A DNA stretch of 64,000 bases from IMGVR_UViG_3300042511_000879:124001-188000; one strand, 5' to 3'; shown: positions 28,876-37,876, numbered from the stretch's first letter. The notes: generated from the sequence alone by a model not told the origin. A program made the numbers and translations.

Positions 28876-29445
28876 TTAATTAAAAAGTTTCTTTAGGCTA
28901 CGACTTTCTACAATTTGTTTAACTTTATTAACATACCCAGGGTCTTCTGCATAACTTGCATCCAAATATTGATAGTACTCCGATTCACTTTTAATATTTC
29001 CTAAGTACCTACTCTGATAGAATGCATAATCATAGACACTTTCTCTCCACGAATTATATTCAGCATGGTTAAGATTGGTCCCAATTGATGTGGTTATCCT
29101 GGATTTGGCCTCTCGCATACCAAAGAGATTATTGTTCTCAAGGAAAACTTCGCTCTTCCATTGGCCAGTTTCTATCATCGATTGTGCCATAGGAATCCAT
29201 GGATATCTTACGTTTAAGTCAGCAAGCATAGTAGCCATCTTCTCTTTACTAAATGCATCCTTTTCATTAATGAGGGTGATTCTCTCCTCTGATGTTAAAT
29301 TTTGAATAGAATTACTGAGTCCAATCTGGTACGCGATAAAACTCGCGCTAATAAACATAATTAAAAAGATGGTTCCAATCTTAAAATAAATAGATGTTCT
29401 AATCCTTTTAAATGCTAAAGAATCTTTGCAATAAGTGTAAATCAT
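28876..29445 (-). CDS. GH73 glucosaminidase-family peptidoglycan hydrolase with N-terminal membrane anchor
   Basis: AQSMIETG..KS....NNLFGM; W.ESV.DY; YA.DP.Y..K; hydrophobic segment at about aa 22-42. Confidence 0.85.
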   Translation of the reverse strand: MIYTYCKDSLAFKRIRTSIYFKIGTIFLIMFISASFIAYQIGLSNSIQNLTSEERITLINEKDAFSKEKMATMLADLNVRYPWIPMAQSMIETGQWKSEVFLENNNLFGMREAKSRITTSIGTNLNHAEYNSWRESVYDYAFYQSRYLGNIKSESEYYQYLDASYAEDPGYVNKVKQIVESRSLKKLFN

Positions 29446-29467
29446 AATTTAGTGTTTAATATTAATA

Positions 29468-29501
29468 TGTAAATATAAACAAAAAACCTGACACGGTAAA
29501 A
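29468..29501 (-). promoter_or_regulatory. Early-type promoter cassette 2
   Basis: TTTTACCG-N16-TATATTTACA. Confidence 0.75.
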
Positions 29502-29523
29502 CTTTTATTGAATTATTTTCAAT

Positions 29524-29551
29524 AAAAAAAGCGTACCATAAGATACGCTTT
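29524..29551 (-). terminator. Intrinsic terminator
   Basis: AAAGCGTA-TCTTATGG-TACGCTTT followed by a T tract on the minus strand. Confidence 0.75.
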
Positions 29552-29558
29552 AATTCTT

Positions 29559-29726
29559 TTAACCCGGACCGCCAACTCCAAACATTACCAAGTCTTCCGA
29601 TTCATAGTAATCTAAATCAAAATAATCGCAGTCAAAACGGACTACTTCATTAATTTGATCCTCGTTAATCTTTTCTTTAACCCTTGGAATGTCTATCAAA
29701 GTGGCTTCTGCTTCGATAAACTCCAT
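29559..29726 (-). CDS. Small acidic protein (55 aa), not in the ORF track
   Basis: Hand translation MEFIEAEATLIDIPRVKEK...FGVGGPG*; GATATATAA upstream, terminator downstream. Confidence 0.55.
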   Translation of the reverse strand: MEFIEAEATLIDIPRVKEKINEDQINEVVRFDCDYFDLDYYESEDLVMFGVGGPG

Positions 29727-29758
29727 TGTATTAAGATATTTTAGGTTTTAGTACCAGT

Positions 29759-29953
29759 TTATATATCGCCTTTAATTCGGTCTTCCCAGTAAGATGCATA
29801 ATCTGCAACAGTTCCTTTGAATTGTCGAATTTTTACCAGTCTTGGGTCTTCGCCATCTCCTGGTTCGACTGGATTAATTTCATTATTAGGTTGAATATCC
29901 TCTAAGCCGATTGTTTTGGCCTCGTCAATTGTAAATTCTTTAAATGTTTTCAT
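29759..29953 (-). CDS. Small internal-head-protein-like ORF
   Basis: MKTFKEFTIDE|A, nearly identical to the T4 IPI N-terminus (MKTFKEFT); GATATATAA directly upstream. Confidence 0.6.
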   Translation of the reverse strand: MKTFKEFTIDEAKTIGLEDIQPNNEINPVEPGDGEDPRLVKIRQFKGTVADYASYWEDRIKGDI

Positions 29954-29963
29954 TAATTATATA

Positions 29964-30281
29964 TCACGATATGTAATTTAATAAAATGTAACTTAATTTA
30001 TATCCTACAAAGGCTCCAATCGCTGATGGTATTGGAAACACTATTAGTTTTCCAAAATCTGTAACATATTTAGGTCTATTTAAAATCTTACCCATAAAAG
30101 AATAGTATGTCAAATAACCTAGTATAACTGCAATGTCGGTTTTGGTTGCAATAAATACTACTAAGGTGGCTCCAATAAAAGCAAATATAAAGTTATCTCT
30201 GACCCCTTCCCAAATTTCTTTATTGGTGGCTTCTTTCCACTCCTTAACTATTTTACGGACTTTTGCTTTATGTTCTTTCAT
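29964..30281 (-). CDS. Membrane protein
   Basis: Three hydrophobic segments. Confidence 0.6.
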   Translation of the reverse strand: MKEHKAKVRKIVKEWKEATNKEIWEGVRDNFIFAFIGATLVVFIATKTDIAVILGYLTYYSFMGKILNRPKYVTDFGKLIVFPIPSAIGAFVGYKLSYILLNYIS

Positions 30282-30282
30282 A

Positions 30283-30483
30283 CTATGGATGATAATTGTA
30301 GTTAGTATAATCAGTAGTAGTAGTGGCTTGATAACTTAAATTTATGTTTTCTTCCATTTTTAATATCATACCTACTAAAGTTTCAGGTTGTTCCTTGATT
30401 AGTTTAATTAAAGTTTTTGATGTAATGTTTTCAAAGATTTGAACACCATTGTCAGATTTTGCCTTAAGTTCATATACTACCAT
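30283..30483 (-). CDS. Hypothetical protein
   Basis: 66 aa ORF, tightly packed. Confidence 0.5.
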   Translation of the reverse strand: MVVYELKAKSDNGVQIFENITSKTLIKLIKEQPETLVGMILKMEENINLSYQATTTTDYTNYNYHP

Positions 30484-30486
30484 AAA

Positions 30487-31704
30487 TTAGTTACTTAGTG
30501 GTGCTTTAATTTCTGCGTGTGATTGATAGTTCTCAACAGTAAAATCACCTCTATCATATGTGAATATTCCGCCACCTATTCTCATTTTATTGTTTGGGTT
30601 TATTTTTAACGTCGGTAATGGAAAAGGTTCACTAGTACTGTATGGAATGTTATAAGTTTCAAAATACTCACTCATACCCCCACCAAATGGCATTAATTCA
30701 TCAACTGCTTTATTGTATTGTTCCTCACCCATTTTGTCTTTTAGCATTTCTGCCCTTTCTGGGAATTTTAATTCTCTTCCTATTTGTTTCTTTGCTTGTT
30801 CAATATGATTTGAATAAAGGTGAACATCGCCAAGATTTCCAATTAACTGATCAGGAACCATATTGACCTCTTTTGCCAAGATTTCTAATAGGAGTCCATA
30901 ACTTGTAATGTTGAATGGTAAACCTAAGAATGTATCTACTGAACGTTGATTCCACATTAGGGAGATTGCTCTGGTTGGGATTCCAGTTAAATCATTACCT
31001 TCCATATTTACTGAATCATAACCATATCTTTTCCAATATAAATCTTCTCTTTCACCTTCACTCAACTCTCTTGTATAAACTTGAATTCCATAATGACAAG
31101 GTGGAAGAACCATTTGGTCTAATTCTCCAACATTCCAAGCATTGACCATTAATCGTCTTGAGTCTGGATTTGTTTTAAGATCGTTGATTAGATTTTGGAT
31201 TTGGTCTACCCATACGTTCCCAATAAAGATTTCACCTGTTTCTGAGTTCATGGTAGGTTTTACATCCCATTTTCTCCATTGCTTACCATAAATAGGCCCC
31301 AACTCACCCCACATCTTTCCAAACTCATTATCTGTTTTAATTTTGTTGATGAACTCTTCTTGCGTTAATGATTCTACCTGACCAGTCATTCCCATTGTAA
31401 TTGAATATCTCTTATAACAGTCTCCATCCCAAATATGGCAATTATTATCAACCAAATACTTAATATTTGTATCACCTCGTAAGAACCAAAGAAGTTCTGT
31501 TACGATTGTTTTGAATGGCATCTTTTTAGTTGTAAGTAGTGGAAACCCTTCGGACATTTTGTGTCTTATTTGGCGTCCAAAAACTGAGACCGTTCCTGTA
31601 CCTGTCCTGTCACCTTTAACTACTCCATTGTCTAATATGTCTTGGAGCAGGTTGGTGTATTGCTTGTCTAAAGTATTATTTTTTATCGCATTTATTTTTT
31701 CCAT
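30487..31704 (-). CDS. thyA: Thymidylate synthase
   Basis: DRTGTGT, FPLLTTKK, ELLWFLRG, GPIYGKQWR, PDSRR, LPPCH, QRSVD.FLGLPFN, GDVHLY.NH. Start set at the MEKIN ATG; contains lineage-specific insertions. Confidence 0.95.
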   Translation of the reverse strand: MEKINAIKNNTLDKQYTNLLQDILDNGVVKGDRTGTGTVSVFGRQIRHKMSEGFPLLTTKKMPFKTIVTELLWFLRGDTNIKYLVDNNCHIWDGDCYKRYSITMGMTGQVESLTQEEFINKIKTDNEFGKMWGELGPIYGKQWRKWDVKPTMNSETGEIFIGNVWVDQIQNLINDLKTNPDSRRLMVNAWNVGELDQMVLPPCHYGIQVYTRELSEGEREDLYWKRYGYDSVNMEGNDLTGIPTRAISLMWNQRSVDTFLGLPFNITSYGLLLEILAKEVNMVPDQLIGNLGDVHLYSNHIEQAKKQIGRELKFPERAEMLKDKMGEEQYNKAVDELMPFGGGMSEYFETYNIPYSTSEPFPLPTLKINPNNKMRIGGGIFTYDRGDFTVENYQSHAEIKAPLSN

Positions 31705-32236
31705 GGTCTCTACTAATAACGGTTTTTGTTGTAAATTTTCCACATATACTACATGTAGCACAGTTTTTTTCTTTATTTTTTGGTTTTTTTAGTGACTCTA
31801 TATGTGTATTACTTAAAGGTTTTCCTTTTTTAGTTTTTGAAGTTGATTCACTTCTTTTTTTAATTCTTTCAGGTGAATCTTTTTGTTTACTTCTAGCAAT
31901 ACTTAATTTTTTTCTGTGCTCGTCTGTAAATATAACACCTTTTTTAAAACCTCCAGTATTACCTCCATCTCCTTGCTCAGGTATTAAATTTGCAAATTCT
32001 TTACTATTAACAACATCCCATAATTTTGAATAATACAAACCCATTTGTATTAATTTTTCTTTATCTTCAGTTTCAAATAAAATTGTTGTTTTTATATCAT
32101 TAGATGATATGTTATGTGTTTTTAAATGTCTTTTCCATACGGTGCCACTTCCCTTATATTTATAAGGATCGGTATTTACACATTTTCCTAGATATTTTAA
32201 ACCTAATGGTGATTCTTTTAAATATAATATTATCAT
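31676..32236 (-). CDS. Free-standing GIY-YIG homing endonuclease
   Basis: ILYL...KYLG...Y.GSG..WK.H...E; NUMOD3-like HRKKLS; C-terminal CxxC. Confidence 0.85.
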   Translation of the reverse strand: MIILYLKESPLGLKYLGKCVNTDPYKYKGSGTVWKRHLKTHNISSNDIKTTILFETEDKEKLIQMGLYYSKLWDVVNSKEFANLIPEQGDGGNTGGFKKGVIFTDEHRKKLSIARSKQKDSPERIKKRSESTSKTKKGKPLSNTHIESLKKPKNKEKNCATCSICGKFTTKTVISRDHGKNKCDKK

Positions 32237-32273
32237 GATAAATTGTTTTATTTATATATCACGATAATATTAT
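32224..32273 (-). promoter_or_regulatory. Hairpin masking the endonuclease start codon, with overlapping late promoter
   Basis: ATAATATTATCATGAT (32224-32239) and ATCACGATAATATTAT (32258-32273) pair over 16 bp with one G-U; GATATATAA at 32252-32260. Confidence 0.7.
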
Positions 32274-32285
32274 CTAAATTGTTCA

Positions 32286-32684
32286 TTACAATATGTCTTT
32301 ATATGAATCTGTTTCTTTTAATATTGCGTCAAATGAGATTAAATTATCAACCCTAACTGTATTATCTTCAAGGACATGTCCTATCATCCTAGGTCTAAAT
32401 ACAATATCATCTAATAGAGTTTTTAACTCCTTTCCCCTGGGCGTATCGAGGACTTTGATTTCTGCAAAAAGAGTATCTCCTTCCACTTGAAGGTTTTCGA
32501 CTTGATGCGAAACTCTTTCTAAAGAGGTAAAAGAAGTACTTTCAGGATAACCAAGTTCTCCAAACATTTGAACTCCATTCGAAACTTTCTGTTTAAATTG
32601 AGCAACCATTTGTTCTAAACATTCATCAGTGTACATTCTACCATTAAGATTAACCGTGTTGGATTTTAATACTGATGTTTTCAT
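32286..32684 (-). CDS. T4 gp21-like prohead protease paralog, catalytic residues altered
   Basis: NLNGRMY, GELGYP (gp21 GELNHP), VSH, DTPRG, FRPRMIG (gp21 GVSSRGLG). Confidence 0.7.
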   Translation of the reverse strand: MKTSVLKSNTVNLNGRMYTDECLEQMVAQFKQKVSNGVQMFGELGYPESTSFTSLERVSHQVENLQVEGDTLFAEIKVLDTPRGKELKTLLDDIVFRPRMIGHVLEDNTVRVDNLISFDAILKETDSYKDIL

Positions 32685-33395
32685 TCATTTAACTATTTGA
32701 GTTGGAAGTTCTAATTTAAGAAATTTGTAAAGTGCCTCTTGAGATGGTCTGGCATTCTCATGTTGGTGTGGTATAATCCAAGCCTTTCCGTCATAATTAA
32801 CAATAGGCTTTGGCGTAATCATATACTCTAAAATTCCAACAGCATTTGTAGTAACTACGTCTTGATGCTTTTCATTAACAATTGTAAATCTACCATCCAG
32901 TAAATCATACACTCTGAAAAGGTCACCTTCAAAGTTTAAGAGACTTAAACGAGGACAGTGCGTCGTATGCACATAATTGGCCTTTGATTTATCAAGTTCT
33001 TTGATTTTAGTTGCAACTTTTAATATTGCTGAATTGATATGCTTTTGCTTTTCTTCATACATTTTTACAATATCTTCACGTCTTCCATCATCAAGAAGGG
33101 TTTTAAAAACTAATTTTTCAATCTTGCTAATTAACTTTGATTTGATGCTCATTGGAGCCGATTCTACTGGAAGGAATATCAATTCCTCAATTTCGTATTT
33201 GTCAAATTTAAGTTTGAATTTAACCGAACGTGAGTATTTTTCAATAACTTCTAAATCAACGTTCATATAAACTACAGGGCCAAGTTTAACCCACAACACC
33301 CTTCCACCTTCTTGGGGTTTTGGCAATTGAACCTTTACACTAGAACCAATAACATTGTCTAGCATAAATTCAATATATTTCTTATTTAGTTCCAT
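32685..33395 (-). CDS. Hypothetical protein
   Basis: 236 aa ORF. Confidence 0.6.
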   Translation of the reverse strand: MELNKKYIEFMLDNVIGSSVKVQLPKPQEGGRVLWVKLGPVVYMNVDLEVIEKYSRSVKFKLKFDKYEIEELIFLPVESAPMSIKSKLISKIEKLVFKTLLDDGRREDIVKMYEEKQKHINSAILKVATKIKELDKSKANYVHTTHCPRLSLLNFEGDLFRVYDLLDGRFTIVNEKHQDVVTTNAVGILEYMITPKPIVNYDGKAWIIPHQHENARPSQEALYKFLKLELPTQIVK

Positions 33396-33611
33396 CTAGC
33401 TATTGATTTGCTCGTTGTCAGTCCCTTTGTCAAATCTTCCTAAGAAGTACTTATATGCTTTGTACCCGCAATACGCAAACCATGAAACAATAAAGAATTC
33501 TATTGCAGGACCTGGGTAATTTGTAAATACCCATAGAAAGGCACTAACTATGAACATTAAGACTCCAATAGAGCCAATTGCGGCAAAGATTGCCTTGATT
33601 TTGTTAATCAT
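33396..33611 (-). CDS. Small membrane protein
   Basis: Two hydrophobic segments. Confidence 0.55.
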   Translation of the reverse strand: MINKIKAIFAAIGSIGVLMFIVSAFLWVFTNYPGPAIEFFIVSWFAYCGYKAYKYFLGRFDKGTDNEQINS

Positions 33612-33628
33612 TATATAAAGTTTTAAAA

Positions 33629-33937
33629 TTAAACACTCTCGTTATCGGTAAAATCTTTTAGGTCTTTGATTTCTTGTTGCAATTCAGTTACTCTCCATTC
33701 ATAATCAAAAAGTTCATCTGTAGTAATCTTGCCATGTTTGCATAATTTTCTTGCAGCAGCAAGTTCCTTTTTTGCAGATTGTAGCATTTTATATAGATGA
33801 GAATCTGATTGCTTGTAAGATTCAGTGTCCTTATTAACTTTAATAATTTCAGGAGTCTTTTCTTTATTAATTACATTAAATGAAAATTGTTTGAAGCAAC
33901 TTAAGAATTCTTTGACGGTAGTTTTAATGCTGTCCAT
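33629..33937 (-). CDS. Hypothetical protein
   Basis: 102 aa ORF. Confidence 0.55.
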   Translation of the reverse strand: MDSIKTTVKEFLSCFKQFSFNVINKEKTPEIIKVNKDTESYKQSDSHLYKMLQSAKKELAAARKLCKHGKITTDELFDYEWRVTELQQEIKDLKDFTDNESV

Positions 33938-34006
33938 TCGTTAGATTTATAATTTATATAGGTTTGGTCCTATTTGTTTCATTATATTTATTAACGATTT
34001 AAAAAC

Positions 34007-34033
34007 AAAAAAGACCTTAATTACTTAAGGTCT
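34007..34033 (-). terminator. Intrinsic terminator
   Basis: AGACCTTAA-GTAA-TTAAGGTCT followed by TTTTT on the minus strand. Confidence 0.8.
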
Positions 34034-34059
34034 CCTAAAAATCTAATCCGGTCTGATTC

Positions 34060-34344
34060 TTATATAGAACCAGGCTGTAGTACTGAAATTGCTTTAGCAA
34101 TCATAACTGAATCTCTTACAGTAAGAGCTCCAGAAGATTGTGCCATTTGAGCAGCTTGGATTAATACATTTACTGCACCATTTTGGTCCATACCTTCAAT
34201 TTGATCGAAGATTGGGATGATTTCTTCAACACCAAGTCCATTTGTTGGGTTCTCAGCTTGAGGTCCTTCATTTACTAGAGCTGAATCTGGTCCAAATACT
34301 CTTTCAGATTCTGGATTTTGGTCTAATACACTTTGTTTTTCCAT
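34060..34344 (-). CDS. Hypothetical protein
   Basis: 94 aa ORF. Confidence 0.55.
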   Translation of the reverse strand: MEKQSVLDQNPESERVFGPDSALVNEGPQAENPTNGLGVEEIIPIFDQIEGMDQNGAVNVLIQAAQMAQSSGALTVRDSVMIAKAISVLQPGSI

Positions 34345-34399
34345 TTTGATTTGTTTTGATTTAAAATTATTATATAATATTTTTTAGGTTTGTTTCACC

Positions 34400-35296
34400 C
34401 TATAGTGATTTTAACATTTTAATTAATTCCGGCTGCGGTGACATGTCAGTCTTGTCGCGTCTTGTGTTTGTATGAGTCAACATCCCTTTCACCTTTCCGG
34501 CCCATGCATCTTTATTAAATTCAAATGCTTCATTTGGTGTTTTAGTGGTTAACCATTCAACAAGTCCTTTTTTGATATTAATACCATTACGGTCTTTAAT
34601 GAATAGTATAAGTTCTCTAAGTGCCTCGATTTGAGCCTCTGAATATTTATGGTGATATTGTGAACCTCTAAATTTGAATCCTAAGTCACAAACCTGGTCT
34701 GGATGTACAATTGTTCCAACATAAGTTTTAAATACATTTCCAACCTTTGTTAAAGGTCCAAAGTTACATACTTCAATCCCAACTGAATTATTATGCATAC
34801 TTTGAGAACCATTATCTCCTAAGTGGGCTGCAAATCCTCCATCTGGCATGCATTTTACAATAACACCATCGTATTTTGTACTTTTACCATTAACTGAAGG
34901 TCCTCCAATTAAAAACTCTGTTGCAATTTTACCTCTAGTATCATCATTCCATTGGTCTACTACGGCAATTGGATTTTCTCCTCCGGCAGTATGATGCAGG
35001 AATAAGTACTCAGGTTTATTAGGACCTGCATGGTACTCATCTTTGTCAAGATAATAAATATCGAAGGCATTTAATGTAATTTCACTGTCCAAATGTTTTT
35101 CAAGTTCAGCACCAAAAATTAATTTCTGCGTGGTTGGACCAACGAGTCCATCAATTGCCAATCCATGGCTCCCTTGAAAGTTCTTAACTGCTAAATCTGT
35201 TCCAGGTCCAAAGGTTCCATCAACTTTAACACCTAAGGCTTTTTGTAGCAACTTAACGTCTTCGCCACTATCTCCTCTTTTTAATAAATTTCTCAT
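34400..35296 (-). CDS. Endolysin: peptidoglycan-binding domain plus N-acetylmuramoyl-L-alanine amidase (Amidase_2)
   Basis: LLKRG..GEDVK.LQ..L....DG.FGP.T..AV..FQ..HGL..DG.VGP.T; LHHTAG; H.G; IGIEVCN; HT..R.DK.D. Confidence 0.9.
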   Translation of the reverse strand: MRNLLKRGDSGEDVKLLQKALGVKVDGTFGPGTDLAVKNFQGSHGLAIDGLVGPTTQKLIFGAELEKHLDSEITLNAFDIYYLDKDEYHAGPNKPEYLFLHHTAGGENPIAVVDQWNDDTRGKIATEFLIGGPSVNGKSTKYDGVIVKCMPDGGFAAHLGDNGSQSMHNNSVGIEVCNFGPLTKVGNVFKTYVGTIVHPDQVCDLGFKFRGSQYHHKYSEAQIEALRELILFIKDRNGINIKKGLVEWLTTKTPNEAFEFNKDAWAGKVKGMLTHTNTRRDKTDMSPQPELIKMLKSL

Positions 35297-35718
35297 TCTA
35301 ATATGTTTTTTAAATTATCTATACATTCTTGTACTTGGTTATAAATTGCATCAGGATTCTTATGTTCAAAAATACATCTATAAACTGTTTTATTAGACAT
35401 AAGATGAACTAATTCACATCTCATAATAAACTTTGGTTTTTTAAGTAGAAGTGGCTGTAAGTGAATTACATTCCAAATTTGGCTCTTGGCCTCTCCAATA
35501 AATCCACACTCAGTTACAACATTTGCAGTTAGTAAATACTCGTCACTTGATATTGAAGCAAATTTCTGAAGTTCTTTAATACCATTTGCAATTAAATAAA
35601 GCCTATATGCAGTTTGATAGGTTGAATCAAGAACTGCACGTAATGTTGTTGCATCTATTTTCTTACTAATGTATGGTTTTGGTAGTTTTACTTTTTCAAA
35701 TAGGACTTCAATTAGCAT
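35293..35718 (-). CDS. Hypothetical protein
   Basis: 141 aa ORF overlapping both neighbours. Confidence 0.55.
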   Translation of the reverse strand: MLIEVLFEKVKLPKPYISKKIDATTLRAVLDSTYQTAYRLYLIANGIKELQKFASISSDEYLLTANVVTECGFIGEAKSQIWNVIHLQPLLLKKPKFIMRCELVHLMSNKTVYRCIFEHKNPDAIYNQVQECIDNLKNILE

Positions 35719-36515
35719 ACATTTTTTTCTTTAATAGATACAAAGTTTCTATGCGCGTTGTCATACACTTGCATAACATCAGGTGCGGTTACTGCTCGGG
35801 TTTCTCCAGTTCTAGCTATTAATCCGGATTCATCATTAACAATTATACGATCGATTTCGATAGGAGCACCTACTATTCCGTCGTACACATCTTCAATTAA
35901 ATCCTCTTCATCAATAAAATCTTCAAGAGAAGCCCTTTCCCATTCATCCATCTCTTCTTGTAAGTCATCATAAGATTCTACAACATTTCTCATTGATTCA
36001 ACCTGCTCTTCTACACTAACCTCTTCATGAAGTACTTCTAAGTCTTCAACCTGGGTTGGTGTTGTGACATCCTCTGGTTTAATATAGTCTACCAATGATT
36101 TTATAAACCCAAGTGCTACAAGCGGTAAGATTGCTCCAGAAACACCTGCAAGTAATCTTTTTTGTGCTATAGGTTCCCATTCTACGAGGTTAAATAATTC
36201 TACCCATCCCTGATAATCTTTAATGTTTGTATATGCGTAGTACATATTTCCTTGCATTTGCATTCCAGTGATTAAAATAAATAGACCCCATACTATGGTT
36301 TTATTCATTTTATCTAAGGTAATTAATGCAGCTAGAGATGCAGCAGCTCCTAATTCAAATCCAACTGCTAATGATATTGCTAACCATTCTGGATTTGATA
36401 GCCTAAAAAAGTCAACTACGTGTATTGTTGATATAATACTCACTAATAAATAAAGTGAAACGAATGTTCCAATTATAAATGTGTTAACTGTCTTGCTCTT
36501 TGTTGATTTCATCAT
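35712..36515 (-). CDS. Multi-pass membrane protein with acidic C-terminal tail
   Basis: Four hydrophobic helices in the first 140 aa. Confidence 0.65.
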   Translation of the reverse strand: MMKSTKSKTVNTFIIGTFVSLYLLVSIISTIHVVDFFRLSNPEWLAISLAVGFELGAAASLAALITLDKMNKTIVWGLFILITGMQMQGNMYYAYTNIKDYQGWVELFNLVEWEPIAQKRLLAGVSGAILPLVALGFIKSLVDYIKPEDVTTPTQVEDLEVLHEEVSVEEQVESMRNVVESYDDLQEEMDEWERASLEDFIDEEDLIEDVYDGIVGAPIEIDRIIVNDESGLIARTGETRAVTAPDVMQVYDNAHRNFVSIKEKNVC

Positions 36516-36708
36516 CTTCTTGTTTTTTATAAAAAATCTTATTAACTAAAAGATCCGGATTATCTAAGGTCTCAGCTCGACCGGCACATCCACAATCTTC
36601 ATAACCCAGGGCCTTTGCAATCCTGTCGGCTGCAATGTCGGCTCTAACAAACCTGGCAGCTTTTGACAGGTCAGTTCCGAATCCGTGGGTTTTTTTCTCG
36701 ATAGCCAT
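36484..36708 (-). CDS. Small protein with DCGC motif
   Basis: G.G....DCGC..R...LD pattern seen in phage structural regions. Confidence 0.5.
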   Translation of the reverse strand: MAIEKKTHGFGTDLSKAARFVRADIAADRIAKALGYEDCGCAGRAETLDNPDLLVNKIFYKKQEDDEINKEQDS

Positions 36709-36998
36709 TACTTAGATTTCTGCAATACTTCTATTTCTGCTTCGATTTGATTTTGTCTTTGAACATCCAGAATTTTTCTATCCGTTGCTTGTATCATTCG
36801 CTTCTCAGCGTTTAATCCTTCAATTTTAACATCTTTTGATGTTGGAAGTTGATTGATAATTTCAGTGTTTGCCTTATTAACTTTCTTTAAGGTTGTTACC
36901 TCAGAGTCAATACTACATGATTTAAAATATACAAGTACTAGTAGCACTGCAATAACTTTAAGACCATGTGTTGCAAAAAATTGATTAATTTTGTTCAT
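36708..36998 (-). CDS. Membrane-anchored coiled-coil protein (spanin-like candidate)
   Basis: Hydrophobic N-terminus ending FKSC, then a coiled coil. Confidence 0.45.
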   Translation of the reverse strand: MNKINQFFATHGLKVIAVLLVLVYFKSCSIDSEVTTLKKVNKANTEIINQLPTSKDVKIEGLNAEKRMIQATDRKILDVQRQNQIEAEIEVLQKSK

Positions 36999-37071
36999 AA
37001 TTGTTAATTTTGTTATTTATTATTTATCTCTTTTATTTTTGCAGGAGTTAGGGATTATATTAAGAATCGGT

Positions 37072-37746
37072 CTATTGTTTCTTTTTACAATTGTCAAAAT
37101 GCCATCTAACCATTGCTGCTTTATTGCCAATTCTATTACAATGTATGCATTTTGCAGTTTTCACAATTGATTGACCTTTAATCCAACCTTTAGGTACTTC
37201 ATCAATATTTTTGAATCTCCTATTCTCTTTGGTATTTGGGTCATGATAAACATTTACTCCTGTATTTAATTCTCTTAAATATTCTTTAAACTCTTCAGAG
37301 GGTTTATAATCAAACTCTAATTGTTTTTTCTTGATTTTAGCTTTGGTTTCTTCAGACATTTTATTTCCCTTACAATAAGTATTTCCAAGATGTGCTTGCC
37401 TTAACTTTTCTCTAGTTTCTAATGAATATGGGCCATTCCAATCAAATCCGGAGCTTGTTTGCTTTGATTTATTGTAAAAAGATTCATTTATTCCTACATT
37501 AAATTTAGTATGTAGTTTAATCTCAAGTTGCATTGCTTCTTTTCGTGAATTAAACACAGAGACAATAACATATTTATAATCTTGAGGATTGTTCTTCTGG
37601 TCATTTCTGAATTCTTTGTCTGATGCGCTTGAAAAATACTTGACACCTAAATCTTTACATGGCTCTATATTTGAACTCCTTGTGCCGTAATAATGTTTGT
37701 TGAGTTTTGTGTTGGTAATCCTATACACATAGTGATATTTGTTCAT
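37072..37746 (-). CDS. Free-standing GIY-YIG homing endonuclease
   Basis: HYVYRITN...YYGTR, Y.SS, E..L; NUMOD3-like SLETREKLR/MSEETKAKI; C-terminal CIHC...RWHFDNC; GATATATA at 37775-37782. Confidence 0.85.
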   Translation of the reverse strand: MNKYHYVYRITNTKLNKHYYGTRSSNIEPCKDLGVKYFSSASDKEFRNDQKNNPQDYKYVIVSVFNSRKEAMQLEIKLHTKFNVGINESFYNKSKQTSSGFDWNGPYSLETREKLRQAHLGNTYCKGNKMSEETKAKIKKKQLEFDYKPSEEFKEYLRELNTGVNVYHDPNTKENRRFKNIDEVPKGWIKGQSIVKTAKCIHCNRIGNKAAMVRWHFDNCKKKQ

Positions 37747-37876
37747 AATTTTAAAATATATTTAGTCGTTATAATATATATCTTTATTTTTTATGAAGCT
37801 TAAAAGAAAGGTCCTTGGATATGAACATGAAATAAGAGAACGACCAAATATATCTTTCTACCAAAGACCTTATAAA

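Noticed and set aside
30487-31704. Group I intron or intein in thyA, or a dCMP/dUMP hydroxymethylase indicating modified DNA
   Set aside because: The ORF is continuous, insertions are short with no intein C1/HN motifs, and the dUMP-specific Asn (PFN) is present, consistent with an ordinary ThyA
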